DNA of 64,000 nt from the NCBI RefSeq assembly GCF_009914755.1, contig NC_060933.1, one strand, 5' to 3'. The stretch is from the human T2T-CHM13v2.0 reference genome, Homo sapiens. The notes beneath the pieces were generated by a model. That model did not search any database. It had not been told where the DNA came from and saw only the letters and a program-made list of their open reading frames with translations. Below, piece after piece: positions 26,120 to 40,090 of the stretch (position 1 is the first letter of the stretch; each line of letters opens with the position of its first letter). A program made the position numbers and the translations under genes.

Positions 26120-29100
26120 CATTCCATTCCGTTTCATTCCATTCCATTACATTCGGATTGATTCTATTTAACTCCCTTACTCTCCATTACATTCCATTCC
26201 ATTCGGGTTGTTCCATTCCATTCCATTCCATTCCACTCCATTCCATTGCACTCGGGTTGATTCCATTCCATTCCATTCCATTCCAGTCCATTCCGGATGA
26301 TTCCATTCCATTGCATTCCGTTCCATTACATTCCCCTGCACTCGCGTTAATTCTATTCCATTCCATTCAATTCCTTTCCATTACAATTCCTTCCATTCCA
26401 TTCTATTCCGTACCATTCCATTCCATTCCATACCATTCCATTCCATTCCATTCCATTCCGTTCCATTCCGTTCCATTCCATTCCATTCCATTCTATTCGG
26501 ATTAATTCCATTCCATTCCATTCCATTCCATTCTATTCCATTCCATTGCAATCGAGTTGAATCCATTGCATTTCATTCCATTCCATTCCATTCCATTCCA
26601 TTCCGGAAGATTCCATTCCATTGCATTGCATTCCATTCCATTCCCCTGCACTCGCGTTGATTCCATTCCATTCCATTCCATTCCATTCCGTTCCATTCCA
26701 TTCCATTCCATTCCGTTCCTTTCCATTCCATTCCATTCCATTCTATTCGGGTTAATTCCATTCCATTCCATTCGATTGCAATCGAGTTGATTCCATTCCA
26801 TTCCATTCCATTCCATTCCATTCCTTTCCATTCCATTACGGATGATTCCATTCCATTGCATTCCATTCCATTCCATTCCCCTGTACTCGGGTTGATTCCA
26901 TTCCATTCCGTTCCAATGCATGCCATTCCACTCGTGTTGATTCCATTCTTTCCATTCCATTCAAGTTGAATCCATTCCATTGCATTCCATTCCATTCGAT
27001 TCCATTCGATTGCACTCGGGTTGATTCCATTCCTTTGCATTCCATTCCATTCCATTCCATTCCATTCCATTCCATTACATTCCATTCCATTACATTCGGA
27101 TTGATTCTATTCAATTCCCTTACACTCCATTACATTCCATTCCATTCGGGTAGTTTCCTTTCCATTCCATTCCATTCCTCTCCATTCCATTGCACTCGGG
27201 TTGATTCCATTCCATTGCATTCCATTCCATTCCATTCAATTCCATTCCGTTCCATTCCATTCCATTACATTCGGATTGATTCTATTCAACTCCCTTACTC
27301 TCCATTACATTCCATTCCATTCGGGTTGTTCCATTCCATTCCATTCCATTCCACTCCATTCCATTGCACTCGGGTTGATTCCATTCCATTCCATTCCATT
27401 CCATTCCATTCCATTCCGCAAGATTCCATTCCATTGCATTCCATTCCATTCCATTCCCCTGCACTCGCGTTGATTCCATTCCATTCCATTCCATTCCATT
27501 CCCCTGCACTCGCGTTGATTCCATTCCATTCCATTCCATTCCATTCCATTCCATTCCATTCCATTCCTTTCCGTTCCATTCCATTCCATTCCATTCCATT
27601 CCAATCCATTCCATTCCGTTCCGTTCCGTTCCATTCCATTCAATTCCATTCCATTCCATTCCGTTCCGTTCCATTCCATTCCATTCCATTCTATTCGGGT
27701 TAATTCCATTCCATTGCATTCGATTGCAATCCAGTTGATTCCATTCCATTCCATTCCATTCCATTCCATTCCATTCCATTCCATTCCTTTCCATTCCATT
27801 ACGTATGATTCCATTCCATTGCATTCCATTCCATTCCATTCCCCTGTAGTCGGGTTGATTCCATTCCATTCCATTCCAATCCATGCCATTCCACTCGTGT
27901 TGATTCCATTCTTTCTATTCCATTCAAGTTGAATCCATTCCATTGCATTCCATTCCATTCCATTACCCTGCAGTCGGCTTGATTCCATTCCATTCCATTC
28001 CATTCCATTCCATTCCATTCGGGTTAATTCCATTCCATTCCATTCCATTCCAATCGAGTTGATTCCATTCCATTCCATTCCATTCCGTTCCACTCCATTC
28101 CAGTCCTTTCCATTCCATTCCACTCGGGTTGATTCCAATGTATTCCTTTCCATGCCATTCCATTCCATTGCAATCGAGTTGATTCCATTGCATTGCATTC
28201 CATTCCATTCCATTCCATTCCGGATGATTCCATTCCATTGCATTCCATTCCATTCCATTCCCATGCACTCGGGTTGATTCCATTCCATTCCCCTCCATTT
28301 CATTCCATTCCATTCCATTACAATCGAGTTGATTCCATTCCATTCCATTCCATTCCAGTCCTTTCCATTCCATTCCTCTCAGGTTGATTCCATTCTATTA
28401 GTTTCCATTCCATTCCATTCCCTTCCATTCCACTCTGGTTGATTCCATTCCTTTCCATTCCACTCGAATACATTCCCTCCTATTCCACTCGGAACGATTC
28501 CATTCCATTCCATTCCATTCCATTCCATTCCATTCCATTCCATTTCGTTCCATTCCATTCTATTCTGTATCATTCCATTCCATTCCATTCCATTCCATTC
28601 CATTCCATTCCATTCCATTGTACTCGGGTTGATTCAATTCCATTGCATTCCATTCCATTCCACTCCATTCCATTCCGTTGCATTCCATTTCATTACATTC
28701 GGATTGATTCTATTCAACTCCCTTACTCTCCATTACATTCCATTCCATTCGGGTTGTTCCATTCCATTCCATTCCATTCCACTCCATTCCATTGCACTCG
28801 GGTTGATTCCATTCCATTCCATTCCATTCCAGTCCATTCCGTATGACTCCATTCCATTGCATTCCGTTCCATTACATTCCCCTGCACTCGCGTTGATTCC
28901 ATTCCATTCCATTCAATTCCTTTCCATTACAATTCGTTCCATTCCATTCTATTCCGTACCATTCCATTCCATTCCATACCATTCCATTCCATTGCATTCC
29001 ATTCCATTCCATTCCGTTCCATTCCGTTCAATTCCATTCCATTCCATTCCATTCCATTCTATTCGAATTAATTCCATTCCATTCCATTCTATTCCATTCC

Positions 29101-30050
29101 ATTGCAATCGAGTTGAATCCATTGCATTTCATTCCATTCCATTCCATTCCATTCCATTCCGGAAGATTCCATTCCATTGCATTCCATTCCATTCCATTCC
29201 CCTGCACTCGCGTTGATTCCATTCCATTCCATTCCATTCCATTCCGTTCCGTTCCATTCCATTCCATTCCATTCCATTCCGTTCCCTACATTCCATTCCA
29301 TTCCATTCTATTCGGGTTAATTCCATTCCATTCCATTCGATTGCAATCGAGTTGATTCCATTCCATTCCATTCCATTCCATTCCATTCCATTCCATTCCA
29401 TTCCTTTCCATTCCATTACGGATGATTCCATTCCATTGCATTCCATTCCATTCCATTCCCCTGTACTCGGGTTGATTCCATTCCATTCCATTCCAATCCA
29501 TGCCATTCCACTCGTGTTGATTCCATTCTTTCCATTCCATTCAAGTTGAATCCATTCCATTGCATTCCATTCCATTCGATTCCATTCGATTGCACTCGGG
29601 TTGATTCCATTCCATTGCATTCCATTCCATTCCATTCCATTCCATTCCGTTCCATTCCATTCCATTCCATTCGGATTGATTCTATTCAATTCCCTTACAC
29701 TCCATTACATTCCATTCCATTCGGGTAGTTTCCATTCCATTCCATTCCATTCCTCTCCATTCCATTGCACTCGGGTTGATTCCATTCCATTGCATTCCAT
29801 TCCATTCCATTCAATTCCATTCCGTTCCATTCCATTCCATTACATTCGGATTGATTCTATTCAACTCCCTTACTCTCCATTACATTCCATTCCATTCGGG
29901 TTGTTCCATTCCACTCCATTCCATTCCACTCCATTCCATTGCAATCGGGTTGATTCCATTCCATTCCATTCCATTCCATTCCATTCCATTCCATTCCGGA
30001 AGATTCCATTCCATTGCATTCCATTACATTCCATTCCCCTGCACTCGCGT
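26120..30050. repeat. ~3.9 kb segment, copy 1 (copy 2 at ~32990-36940)
   Basis: Shared rare variants gtttcattcc...ctatttaactccc, aatccagttg, acgtatga, taccctgcagtcggctt, cccatgcac, cctctcagg, tattctgtat, attcgaatta and gcaatcgggttg. Matching ORFs are offset by 6867-6897 bp. Confidence 0.9.
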
Positions 30051-30849
30051 TGATTCCATTCCATTCCATTCCATTCCATTCCATTCCATTCCATTCCGTT
30101 CCGTTCCATTCCATTCCATTCCATTCCATTCCATTCCATTCCGTTCCGTTCCGTTCCATTCCATTCCATTCCATTCTATTCGGTTTAATTCCATTCCATT
30201 CCATTCGATTGCAATCGAGTTTATTCCATTCCATTCCATTCCATTCCATTCCATTCCATTCCATTCCATTCCTTTCCATTCCATTACGGATGATTCCATT
30301 CCATTGCATTCCATTCCATTCCATTCCCCTGTACTCGGGTTGATTCCATTCCATTCCATTCCAATCCATGCCATTCCACTCGTGTTGATTCCATTCTTTC
30401 CATTCCATTCAAGTTGAATCCATTCCATTGCATTCCATTCCATTCGATTCCATTCGATTGCACTCGGGTTGATTCCATTCCATTGCATTCCATTCCATTC
30501 CATTCCATTCCATTCCATTCCATTCCATTCCGTTCCATTCCATTCCATTACATTCGGATTTATTCTATTCAATTCCCTTACACTCCATTACATTCCATTC
30601 CATTCGGGTAGTTTCCATTCCATTCAATTCCATTCCTCTCCATTCCATTGCACTCGGGTTGATTCCATTCCATTGCATTCCATTCCATTCCATTCAATTC
30701 AATTCCGTTCCATTCCATTCCATTACATTCGGATTGATTCTATTCAACTCCCTTACTCTCCATTCCATTCCATTCCATTCGGGTTGTTCCATTCCATTCC
30801 ATTCCATTCCACTCCATTCCATTGCACTCGGGTTGATTCCATTCCATTC

Positions 30850-31450
30850 CATTCCATTCCATTCCATTCCGGAAGATTCCATTCCATTGCATTCCATTCT
30901 ATTCCATTCCATTCCATTCCGGAAGATTCCATTCCATTGCATTCCATTCCATTCCATTCCCCTTCACTCGCGTTGATTCCATTCCTTTCCATTCTATTCC
31001 ATTCCATTCCCTTCCTTTCCATTCCATTCCATTCCATTCCATTCCGTTCCATTCCGTTCCGTTCAATTCCATTCCATTCCATTCTATTCGGTTTAATTCC
31101 ATTCCATTCCATTCGATTGCAATCGAGTTGATTCCATTCCTTTCCATTCCATTCCATTCCATTCCATTCCGGAAGATTCCATTCCATTGCATTCCATTCC
31201 ATTCCATTCCATTCCATTCCGGAAGATTCCATTCCATTGCATTCCATTCCATTCCATTCCCCTTCACACGCGTTGATTCCATTCCATTCCATTCTATTCC
31301 ATTCCATTCCCTTCCTTTCCATTCCATTCCATTCCATTCCATTCCGTTCCGTTCCGTTCCATTCCATTCCATTCCATTCCATTCGGTTTAATTCCATTCC
31401 ATTCCATTCGATTGCAATCGAGTTGATTCCATTCCATTCCATTCCATTCC
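30850..31450. repeat. 300-bp tandem duplication, each copy containing a 50-bp tandem duplication of the CCGGAAGA cassette
   Basis: ggaagattcc at 30871, 30921, 31171 and 31221. ccttcac(t/a)cgcg at 30961 and 31261. cttcctttcc at 31011 and 31311. cggtttaa is present in both copies. Confidence 0.88.
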
Positions 31451-32989
31451 ATTCCATTCCATTCCTTTCCATTCCATTACGGATGATTCCATTCCATTGC
31501 ATTCCATTCCATTCCATTCCCCTGTACTCGGGTTGATTCCATTCCATTCCATTCAAATCCATGCCATTCCACTCCTGTTGATTCCATTCTTTCCATTCCA
31601 TTCAAGTTGAATACATTCCATTGCATTCCATTCCATTCGATTCCATTCGATTGCACTCTGGTTGATTCCATTCCATTGCATTCCATTCCATTCCATTCCA
31701 TTCCATTCCATTCCATTCCATTCCGTTCCATTCCATTCCATTACATTCGGATTGATTCTATTCAATTCCCTTACACTCCATTACATTCCATTCCATTCGG
31801 GTAGTTTCCATTCCATTCCATTCCATTCCTCTCCATTCCATTGAACTCGGGTTGATTCCATTCCTTTGCATTCCATTCCATTCAATTCCATTCCGTTCCA
31901 TTACATTCCATTACATTCGGATTGATTCTGTTCAACTCCCTTACTCTCCATTACATTCCATTCCATTCGGGTTGTTCCATTCCATTCCATTCCATTCCAC
32001 TCCATTCCATTGCACTCGGGTTTATTCCATTCCATTCCATTCCATTCCATTTCATTCCGGAAGATTCCATTCCATTGCATTCCATTCCATTCCATTTCCC
32101 TGCACTCGCGTTGATTCCATTCCATTCCATTCCATTCCATTCCATTCCATTCCATTCCATTCCATTCCTTTCCGTTCCATTCCATTCCATTCCATTCCAT
32201 TCCAATCCATTCCATTCCATTCCGTTCCGTTCCATTCCATTCCATTCCATTCTATTCGGGTTAATTCCATTCCATTCCATTCGATTGCAATCGAGTTGAT
32301 TCCATTCCATTCCATTCCATTCCATTCCATTCCATTCCGTTCCATTCCGTTCCATTCCATTCCATTCCATTCCATTCCATTCTATTCGGATTAATTCCAT
32401 TCCATTCCATTCCATTCCATTCTATTCCATTCCATTGCAATCGAGTTGAATCCATTGCATTCCATTCCATTCCATTCCATTCCATTCCATTCCATTCCGT
32501 TCCATTCCATTACATTCGGATTGATTCTATTCAACTCCCTAACTCTCCATTACATTCCATTCCATTCGGGTTCTACCATTCCATTCCATTCCATTCCACT
32601 CCATTCCATTGCACTCGGGTTGATTACATTCCATTCCATTCCATTCCATTCCATTCCATTCCATTCCGGAAGATTCCATTCCATTGCATTCCATTCCATT
32701 CCATTCCCCTGCACTCGCGTTGATTCCATTCCATTCCATTCCATTCCATTCAGTTCCGTTCCATTCCATTCCATTCCATTCCGTTCCGTTCCATTCCATT
32801 CCATTCCATTCTATTCGGGTTAATTCCATTCCATTCCATTCGATTGCAATCGAGTTGATTCCATTCCATTCCATTCCATTCCATTCCATTCCATTCCATT
32901 CCTTTCCATTCCATTACGGATGATTCCATTCCATTGCATTCCATTCCATTCCATTCCCCTGTACTCGGGTTGATTCCATTCCATTCCAT

Positions 32990-35900
32990 TCCATTCCGTT
33001 TCATTCCATTCCATTACATTCGGATTGATTCTATTTAACTCCCTTACTCTCCATTACATTCCATTCCATTCGGGTTATTCCATTCCATTCCATTCCATTC
33101 CACTCCATTCCATTGCACTCGGGTTGATTCCATTCCATTCCATTCCATTCCAGTCCATTCCGGATGATTCCATTCCATTGCATTCCGTTCCATTACATTC
33201 CCCTGCACTCGCGTTGATTCCATTCCATTCCATTCAATTCCTTTCCATTACAATTCGTTCCATTCCATTCTATTCCGTACCATTCCATTCCATTCCATAC
33301 CATTCCATTCCATTCCATTCCATTCCGTTCCATTCCGTTCCATTCCATTCCATTCCATTCTATTCGGATTAATTCCATTCCATTCCATTCCATTCCATTC
33401 TATTCCATTCCATTGCAATCGAGTTGAATCCATTGCATTTCATTCCATTCCATTCCATTCCATTCCATTCCGGAAGATTCCATTCCATTGCATTCCATTC
33501 CATTCCATTCCCCTGCACTCGCGTTGATTCCATTCCATTCCATTCCATTCCATTCCGTTCCATTCCATTCCATTCCATTCCGTTCCTTTCCATTCCATTC
33601 CATTCCATTCTATTCGGGTTAATTCCATTCCATTCCATTCGATTGCAATCGAGTTGATTCCATTCCATTCCATTCCATTCCATTCCATTCCTTTCCATTC
33701 CATTACGGATGATTCCATTCCATTGCATTCCATTCCATTCCATTCCCCTGTACTCGGGTTGATTCCATTCCATTCCGTTCCAATCCATGCCATTCCACTC
33801 GTGTTGATTCCATTCTTTCCATTCCATTCAAGTTGAATCCATTCCATTGCATTCCATTCCATTCGATTCCATTCGATTGCACTCGGGTTGATTCCATTCC
33901 ATTGCATTCCATTCCATTCCATTCCATTCCATTCCATTCCATTACATTCCATTCCATTACATTCGGATTGATTCTATTCAATTCCCTTACACTCCATTAC
34001 ATTCCATTCCATTCGGGAAGTTTCCTTTCCATTCCATTCCATTCCTCTCCATTCCATTGCACTCGGGTTGATTCCATTCCATTGCATTCCATTCCATTCC
34101 ATTCAATTCCATTCCGTTCCATTCCATTCCATTACATTCGGATTGATTCTATTCAACTCCCTTACTCTCCATTACATTCCATTCCATTCGGGTTGTTCCA
34201 TTCCATTCCATTCCATTCCACTCCATTCCATTGCACTCGGGTTGATTCCATTCCATTCCATTCCATTCCATTCCATTCCATTCCGGAAGATTCCATTCCA
34301 TTGCATTCCATTCCATTCCATTCCCCTGCACTCGCGTTGATTCCATTCCATTCCATTCCATTGCATTCCCCTGCACTCGCGTTGATTCCATTCCATTCCA
34401 TTCCATTCCATTCCATTCCATTCCATTCCTTTCCGTTCCATTCCATTCCATTCCATTCCATTCCAATCCATTCCATTCCGTTCCGTTCCGTTCCATTCCA
34501 TTCAATTCCATTCCATTCCATTCCGTTCCGTTCCATTCCATTCCATTCCATTCTATTCGGGTTAATTCCATTCCATTCCATTCGATTGCAATCCAGTTGA
34601 TTCCATTCCATTCCATTCCATTCCATTCCATTCCATTCCATTCCTTTCCATTCCATTACGTATGATTCCATTCCATTGCATTCCATTCCATTCCATTCCC
34701 CTGTAGTCGGGTTGATTCCATTCCATTCCATTCCAATCCATGCCATTCCACTCGTGTTGATTCCATTCTTTCTATTCCATTCAAGTTGAATCCATTCCAT
34801 TGCATTCCATTCCATTCCATTACCCTGCAGTCGGCTTGATTCCATTCCATTCCATTCCATTCCATTCCATTCCATTCCGTTCCGTTCCGTTCCATTCCAT
34901 TCCATTCCATTCCATTCGGGTTAATTCCATTCCATTCCATTCCATTCCAATCGAGTTGATTCCATTCCATTCCATTCTATTCCGTTCCACTCCATTCCAG
35001 TCCTTTCCATTCCATTCCACTCGGGTTGATTCCAATGTATTCCTTTCCATGCCATTCCATTCCATTGCAATCGAGTTGATTCCATTGCTTTGCATTCCAT
35101 TCCATTCCATTCCATTCCGGATGATTCCATTCCATTGCATTCCATTCCATTCCATTCCCATGCACTCGGGTTGATTCCATTCCATTCCCCTCCATTTCAT
35201 TCCATTCCATTCCATTACAATCGAGTTGATTCCATTCCATTCCATTCCATTCCAGTCCTTTCCATTCCATTCCTCTCAGGTTGATTCCATTCTATTAGTT
35301 TCCATTCCATTCCATTCCCTTCCATTCCACTCTGGTTGATTCCATTCCTTTCCATTCCACTCGAATACATTCCCTCCTATTCCACTCGGAACGATTCCAT
35401 TCCATTCCATTCCATTCCATTCCATTCCATTCCATTCCATTTCGTTCCATTCCATTCTATTCTGTATCATTCCATTCCATTCCATTCCATTCCATTCCAT
35501 TCCATTCCATTCCATTCCATTGTACTCGGGTTGATTCAATTCCATTGCATTCCATTCCATTCCATTCCATTCCATTCCGTTGCATTCCATTCCATTACAT
35601 TCGGATTGATTCTATTCAACTCCCTTACTCTCCATTACATTCCATTCCATTCGGGTTGTTCCATTCCATTCCATTCCATTCCACTCCATTCCATTGCACT
35701 CGGGTTGATTCCATTCCATTCCATTCCATTCCAGTCCATTCCGTATGATTCCATTCCATTGCATTCCGTTCCATTACATTCCCCTGCACTCGCGTTGATT
35801 CCATTCCATTCCATTCAATTCCTTTCCATTACAATTCGTTCCATTCCATTCTATTCCGTACCATTCCATTCCATTCCATACCATTCCATTCCATTGCATT

Positions 35901-36940
35901 CCATTCCATTCCATTCCGTTCCATTCCGTTCCATTCCATTCCATTCCATTCTATTCGAATTAATTCCATTCCATTCCATTCTATTCCATTCCATTGCAAT
36001 CGAGTTGAATCCATTGCATTTCATTCCATTCCATTCCATTCCATTCCATTCCGGAAGATTCCATTCCATTGCATTCCATTCCATTCCATTCCCCTGCACT
36101 CGCGTTGATTCCATTCCATTCCATTCCATTCCATTCCGTTCCGTTCCATTCCATTCCATTCCATTCCATTCCGTTCCCTTCCATTCCATTCCATTCGATT
36201 CTATTCGGGTTAATTCCATTCCATTCCATTCGATTGCAATCGAGTTGATTCCATTCCATTCCATTCCATTCCATTCCATTCCATTCCATTCCTTTCCATT
36301 CCATTACGGATGATTCCATTCCATTGCATTCCATTCCATTCCATTCCCCTGTACTCGGGTTGATTCCATTCCATTCCATTCCAATCCATGCCATTCCACT
36401 CGTGTTGATTCCATTCTTTCCATTCCATTCAAGTTGAATCCATTCCATTGCATTCCATTCCATTCGATTCCATTCGATTGCACTCGGGTTGATTCCATTC
36501 CATTGCATTCCATTCCATTCCATTCCATTCCATTCCGTTCCATTCCATTCCATTCCATTCGGATTGATTCTATTCAATTCCCTTACACTCCATTACATTC
36601 CATTCCATTCGGGTAGTTTCCATTCCATTCCATTCCATTCCTCTCCATTCCATTGCACTCGGGTTGATTCCATTCCATTGCATTCCATTCCATTCCATTC
36701 AATTCCATTCCGTTCCATTCCATTCCATTACATTCGGATTGATTCTATTCAACTCCCTTACTCTCCATTACATTCCATTCCATTCGGGTTGTTCCATTCC
36801 ACTCCATTCCATTCCACTCCATTCCATTGCAATCGGGTTGATTCCATTCCATTCCATCCCATTCCATTCCATTCCATTCCATTCCGGAAGATTCCATTCC
36901 ATTGCATTCCATTCCATTCCATTCCGCTACACTCGCGTTG
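32990..36940. repeat. ~3.9 kb segment, copy 2 (offset ~6.87-6.90 kb from 26120-30050)
   Basis: Same ordered private variants as copy 1. For example ORFs 26502..26960 vs 33369..33827 and 28193..28387 vs 35090..35284. Confidence 0.9.
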
Positions 36941-37209
36941 ATTCCATTCCATTCCATTCCATTCCATTCCATTCCGTTCCGTTCCGTTCCGTTCCATTCC
37001 ATTCCATTCCATTCCATTCCGTTCAGTTCCATTCCATTCCATTCCATTCTATTTGGGTTAATTCCATTCCATTCCATTCGATTGCAATCGAGTTGATTCC
37101 ATTCCATTCCATTCCATTCCATTCCATTCCATTCCTTTCCATTCCATTACGGATGATTCCATTCCATTGCATTCCATTCCATTCCATTCCCCTGTACTCG
37201 GGTTGATTC

Positions 37210-40090
37210 CATTCCATTCCATTCCAATCCATGCCCTTCCACTCGTGTTGATTCCATTCTTTCCATTCCATTCAAGTTGAATGCATTCCATTGCATTCCA
37301 TTCCATTCGTATCCATTCGATTGCACTCGGGTTGATTCCATTTCATTGCATTCCATTCCATTCAATTCCATTCCATTCCATTCCATTCCGTTCCATTCCA
37401 TTCCATTACATTCGGATTGATTCTATTCAATTCCCTTACACTCCATTACATTCCATTCCATTCGGGTAGTTTCCATTCCATTCCATTCCATTCCTCTCCA
37501 TTCCATTGCACTCGGGTTGATTCCATTCCATTGCATTCCATTCCATTCCATTCAATTCCATTCCTTTCCATTCCATTCCATTACATTCGGATTGATTCTA
37601 TTCAACTCCCTTACTCTCCGTTACATTCCATTCCATTTGGGTTGTTCCATTCCATTCCATTCCACTCCATTCCATTGCACTCGGGTTTATTCCATTCCAT
37701 TCCATTCCATTCCATTCCATTCCATTACGGAAGATTCCATTCCATTGCATTCCATTCCATTCCATTCCCCTGCATTCGCGTTGATTCCATTGCATTCCAT
37801 TCCATTCCATTCCGTTCCATTCCATTCCTTTCCGTTCCATTCCATTCCATTCCATTCCATTCCATTCCGTTCCGTTCCGTTCCGTTCCATTCCATTCCAT
37901 TCCATTTTATTCAGGTTAATTCCATTCCATTCCATTCGACTGCAATCGAGTTGATTCCATTCCATTCCATTCCATTCCATTCCATTCCATTCCATTCCAT
38001 TCCTTTCCATTCCATTACGGATGATTCCATTCCATTGCATTACATTCCATTCCATTCCCCTGTACTCGGGTTGATTCCATTCCATTCCATTCCAATCTAT
38101 GCCATTCCACTCTTGTTGATTCCACTCTTTCCATTCCATTCAAGTTGAATCCATTCCATTGCATTCCATTCCATTCCATTCCCCTGCAGTCGGGTTGATT
38201 CCATTCCATTCCATTCCATTCCATTCCATTCCATTCCATTCCGTTCCGTTCCGTTCCGTTCCATTCCATTCCATTCCATTCCATTCTATTCGGGTTAATT
38301 CCATTCCATTCCATTCCATTCCATTCCATTCCATTCCATTCCAATCGAGTTGATTCCATTCCATTCCATTCCGTTCCATTCCATTCCATTCCACTGCATT
38401 CCAGTCCTTTCCATTCCATTCCACTCGGGTTGATTCCAATGTATTCCTTTCCATTCCATTCCATTGCAATCGAGTTGATTCCATTGCTTTGCATTCCATT
38501 CCATTCCTTTCCATTCCGGATGATTCCATTCCATTGCATTCCATTCCATTCCATTCCCCTGCACTCGGGTTGATTCCATTCCATTCCACTCCATTCCGTT
38601 CCATTCCATTCCATTCCATTGTATTCGGGTTAATTCCATTCCATTCCATTCCATTCCATTCCATTCCATCACAATCGAGTTGGTTCCATTCCATTCCATT
38701 CCATTCCATTCCATTCCATTCCATTCCGGATGATTCCATTCCATTACATTCCGTTCCATTACATTCCCCTGCACTCGGGTTGATTCCATTCCATTCCATT
38801 CCATTCCATTCCATTCCGTTCCGTTCCGTTCCGTTCCATTCCATTCCATTCCATTTTATTCGGGTTAATTCCATTCCATTCTATTCCATTGCATTCTATT
38901 CCATTCCATTGCAATCGAGTTGAATCCATTGCATTCCATTCCATTCCATTCCATTCCATTGCAATCGAGTTGAATCCATTGCATTCCATTCCATTCCATT
39001 CCGGAAGATTCCATTCCATTACATTCCATTCCATTCCATTCCCCTGCACTCGCGTTGATTCCATTCCATTCCATTCCATTCCATTCTATTCGGGTTAATT
39101 CCATTCCATTCCATTCCATTCCATTCCATTCCAATCGAGTTGATTCCATTCCATTGCATTGCACTCCATTCCAGTCATTTCCATTCCATTCCACTCGGGT
39201 TGTTTCCAATGTATTACTTTCCATTCCATTCCATTCCATTGCAATCGAGTTGATTCCATTGCTTTGCATTCCATTCCATTCCATTCCGGATGATTCCATT
39301 CCATTGCATTCCATTCCATTCCATTCCCCTGCACTCGGGTTGATTCCATTCCATTCCACTCCATTCCGTTCCATTCCATTCCATTCCATTTTATTCAGGT
39401 TAATTCCATTCCATTCCATTCCATTCCATTCCATTACAATCGAGTTGATTCCATTCCATTCCATTCCATTCCATTCCATTCCAGTCCTTTCCATTCCATT
39501 CCACTCGGGTTGATTCCATTCTATTAGTTTCCATTCCATTCCATTCCCTTCCATTCCACTCTGGTTGATTCCATTCCTTTCCATTCCACTCGAATACATT
39601 CCTTCCTATTCCACTCGGAACGATTCCATTCCATTCCATTCCATTCCATTCCATTTCGTTCCATTCCATTCTATTCCGTATCATTCCATTCCATTCCATT
39701 CCATTCCATTCCATTCCATTCCATTCCACTCGTTTTGATTCCATTCCTTTCCATTCCATTCGGTTTGAAGGCATTCCATTCCATTCCATTCCATTCCATT
39801 CCATTCCATTCCATTCCATTGTACTCGGGTTGATTGCATTCCATTGCATTCCATTCCATTCCATTCCGTTGCATTCCATTCCATTACATTCGGATTGATT
39901 CTATTCAACTCCCTTACTCTCCATTACATTCCATTCCATTCGGGTTGTTCCATTCCATTCCATTCCATTCCACTCCATTCCATTGCACTCGGGATGATTC
40001 CATTCTATTCCATTCCATTCCATTCCATTCCATTCCGGATGATTCCATTCCATTGCATTCCGTTCCATTACATTCCCCTGCATTCGCGTT
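37210..40090. repeat. ~2.9 kb segment, copy 1 (copy 2 at ~42470-45335)
   Basis: Shared variants gttgaatgcattcc, tttgggttg, cctgcattcgcg, ttttattcagg, aatctatgcc, catcacaatcgagttggttc, cagtcattt, cgttttgatt and cgggatgatt. ORF offsets are 5259-5244 bp. Confidence 0.9.
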
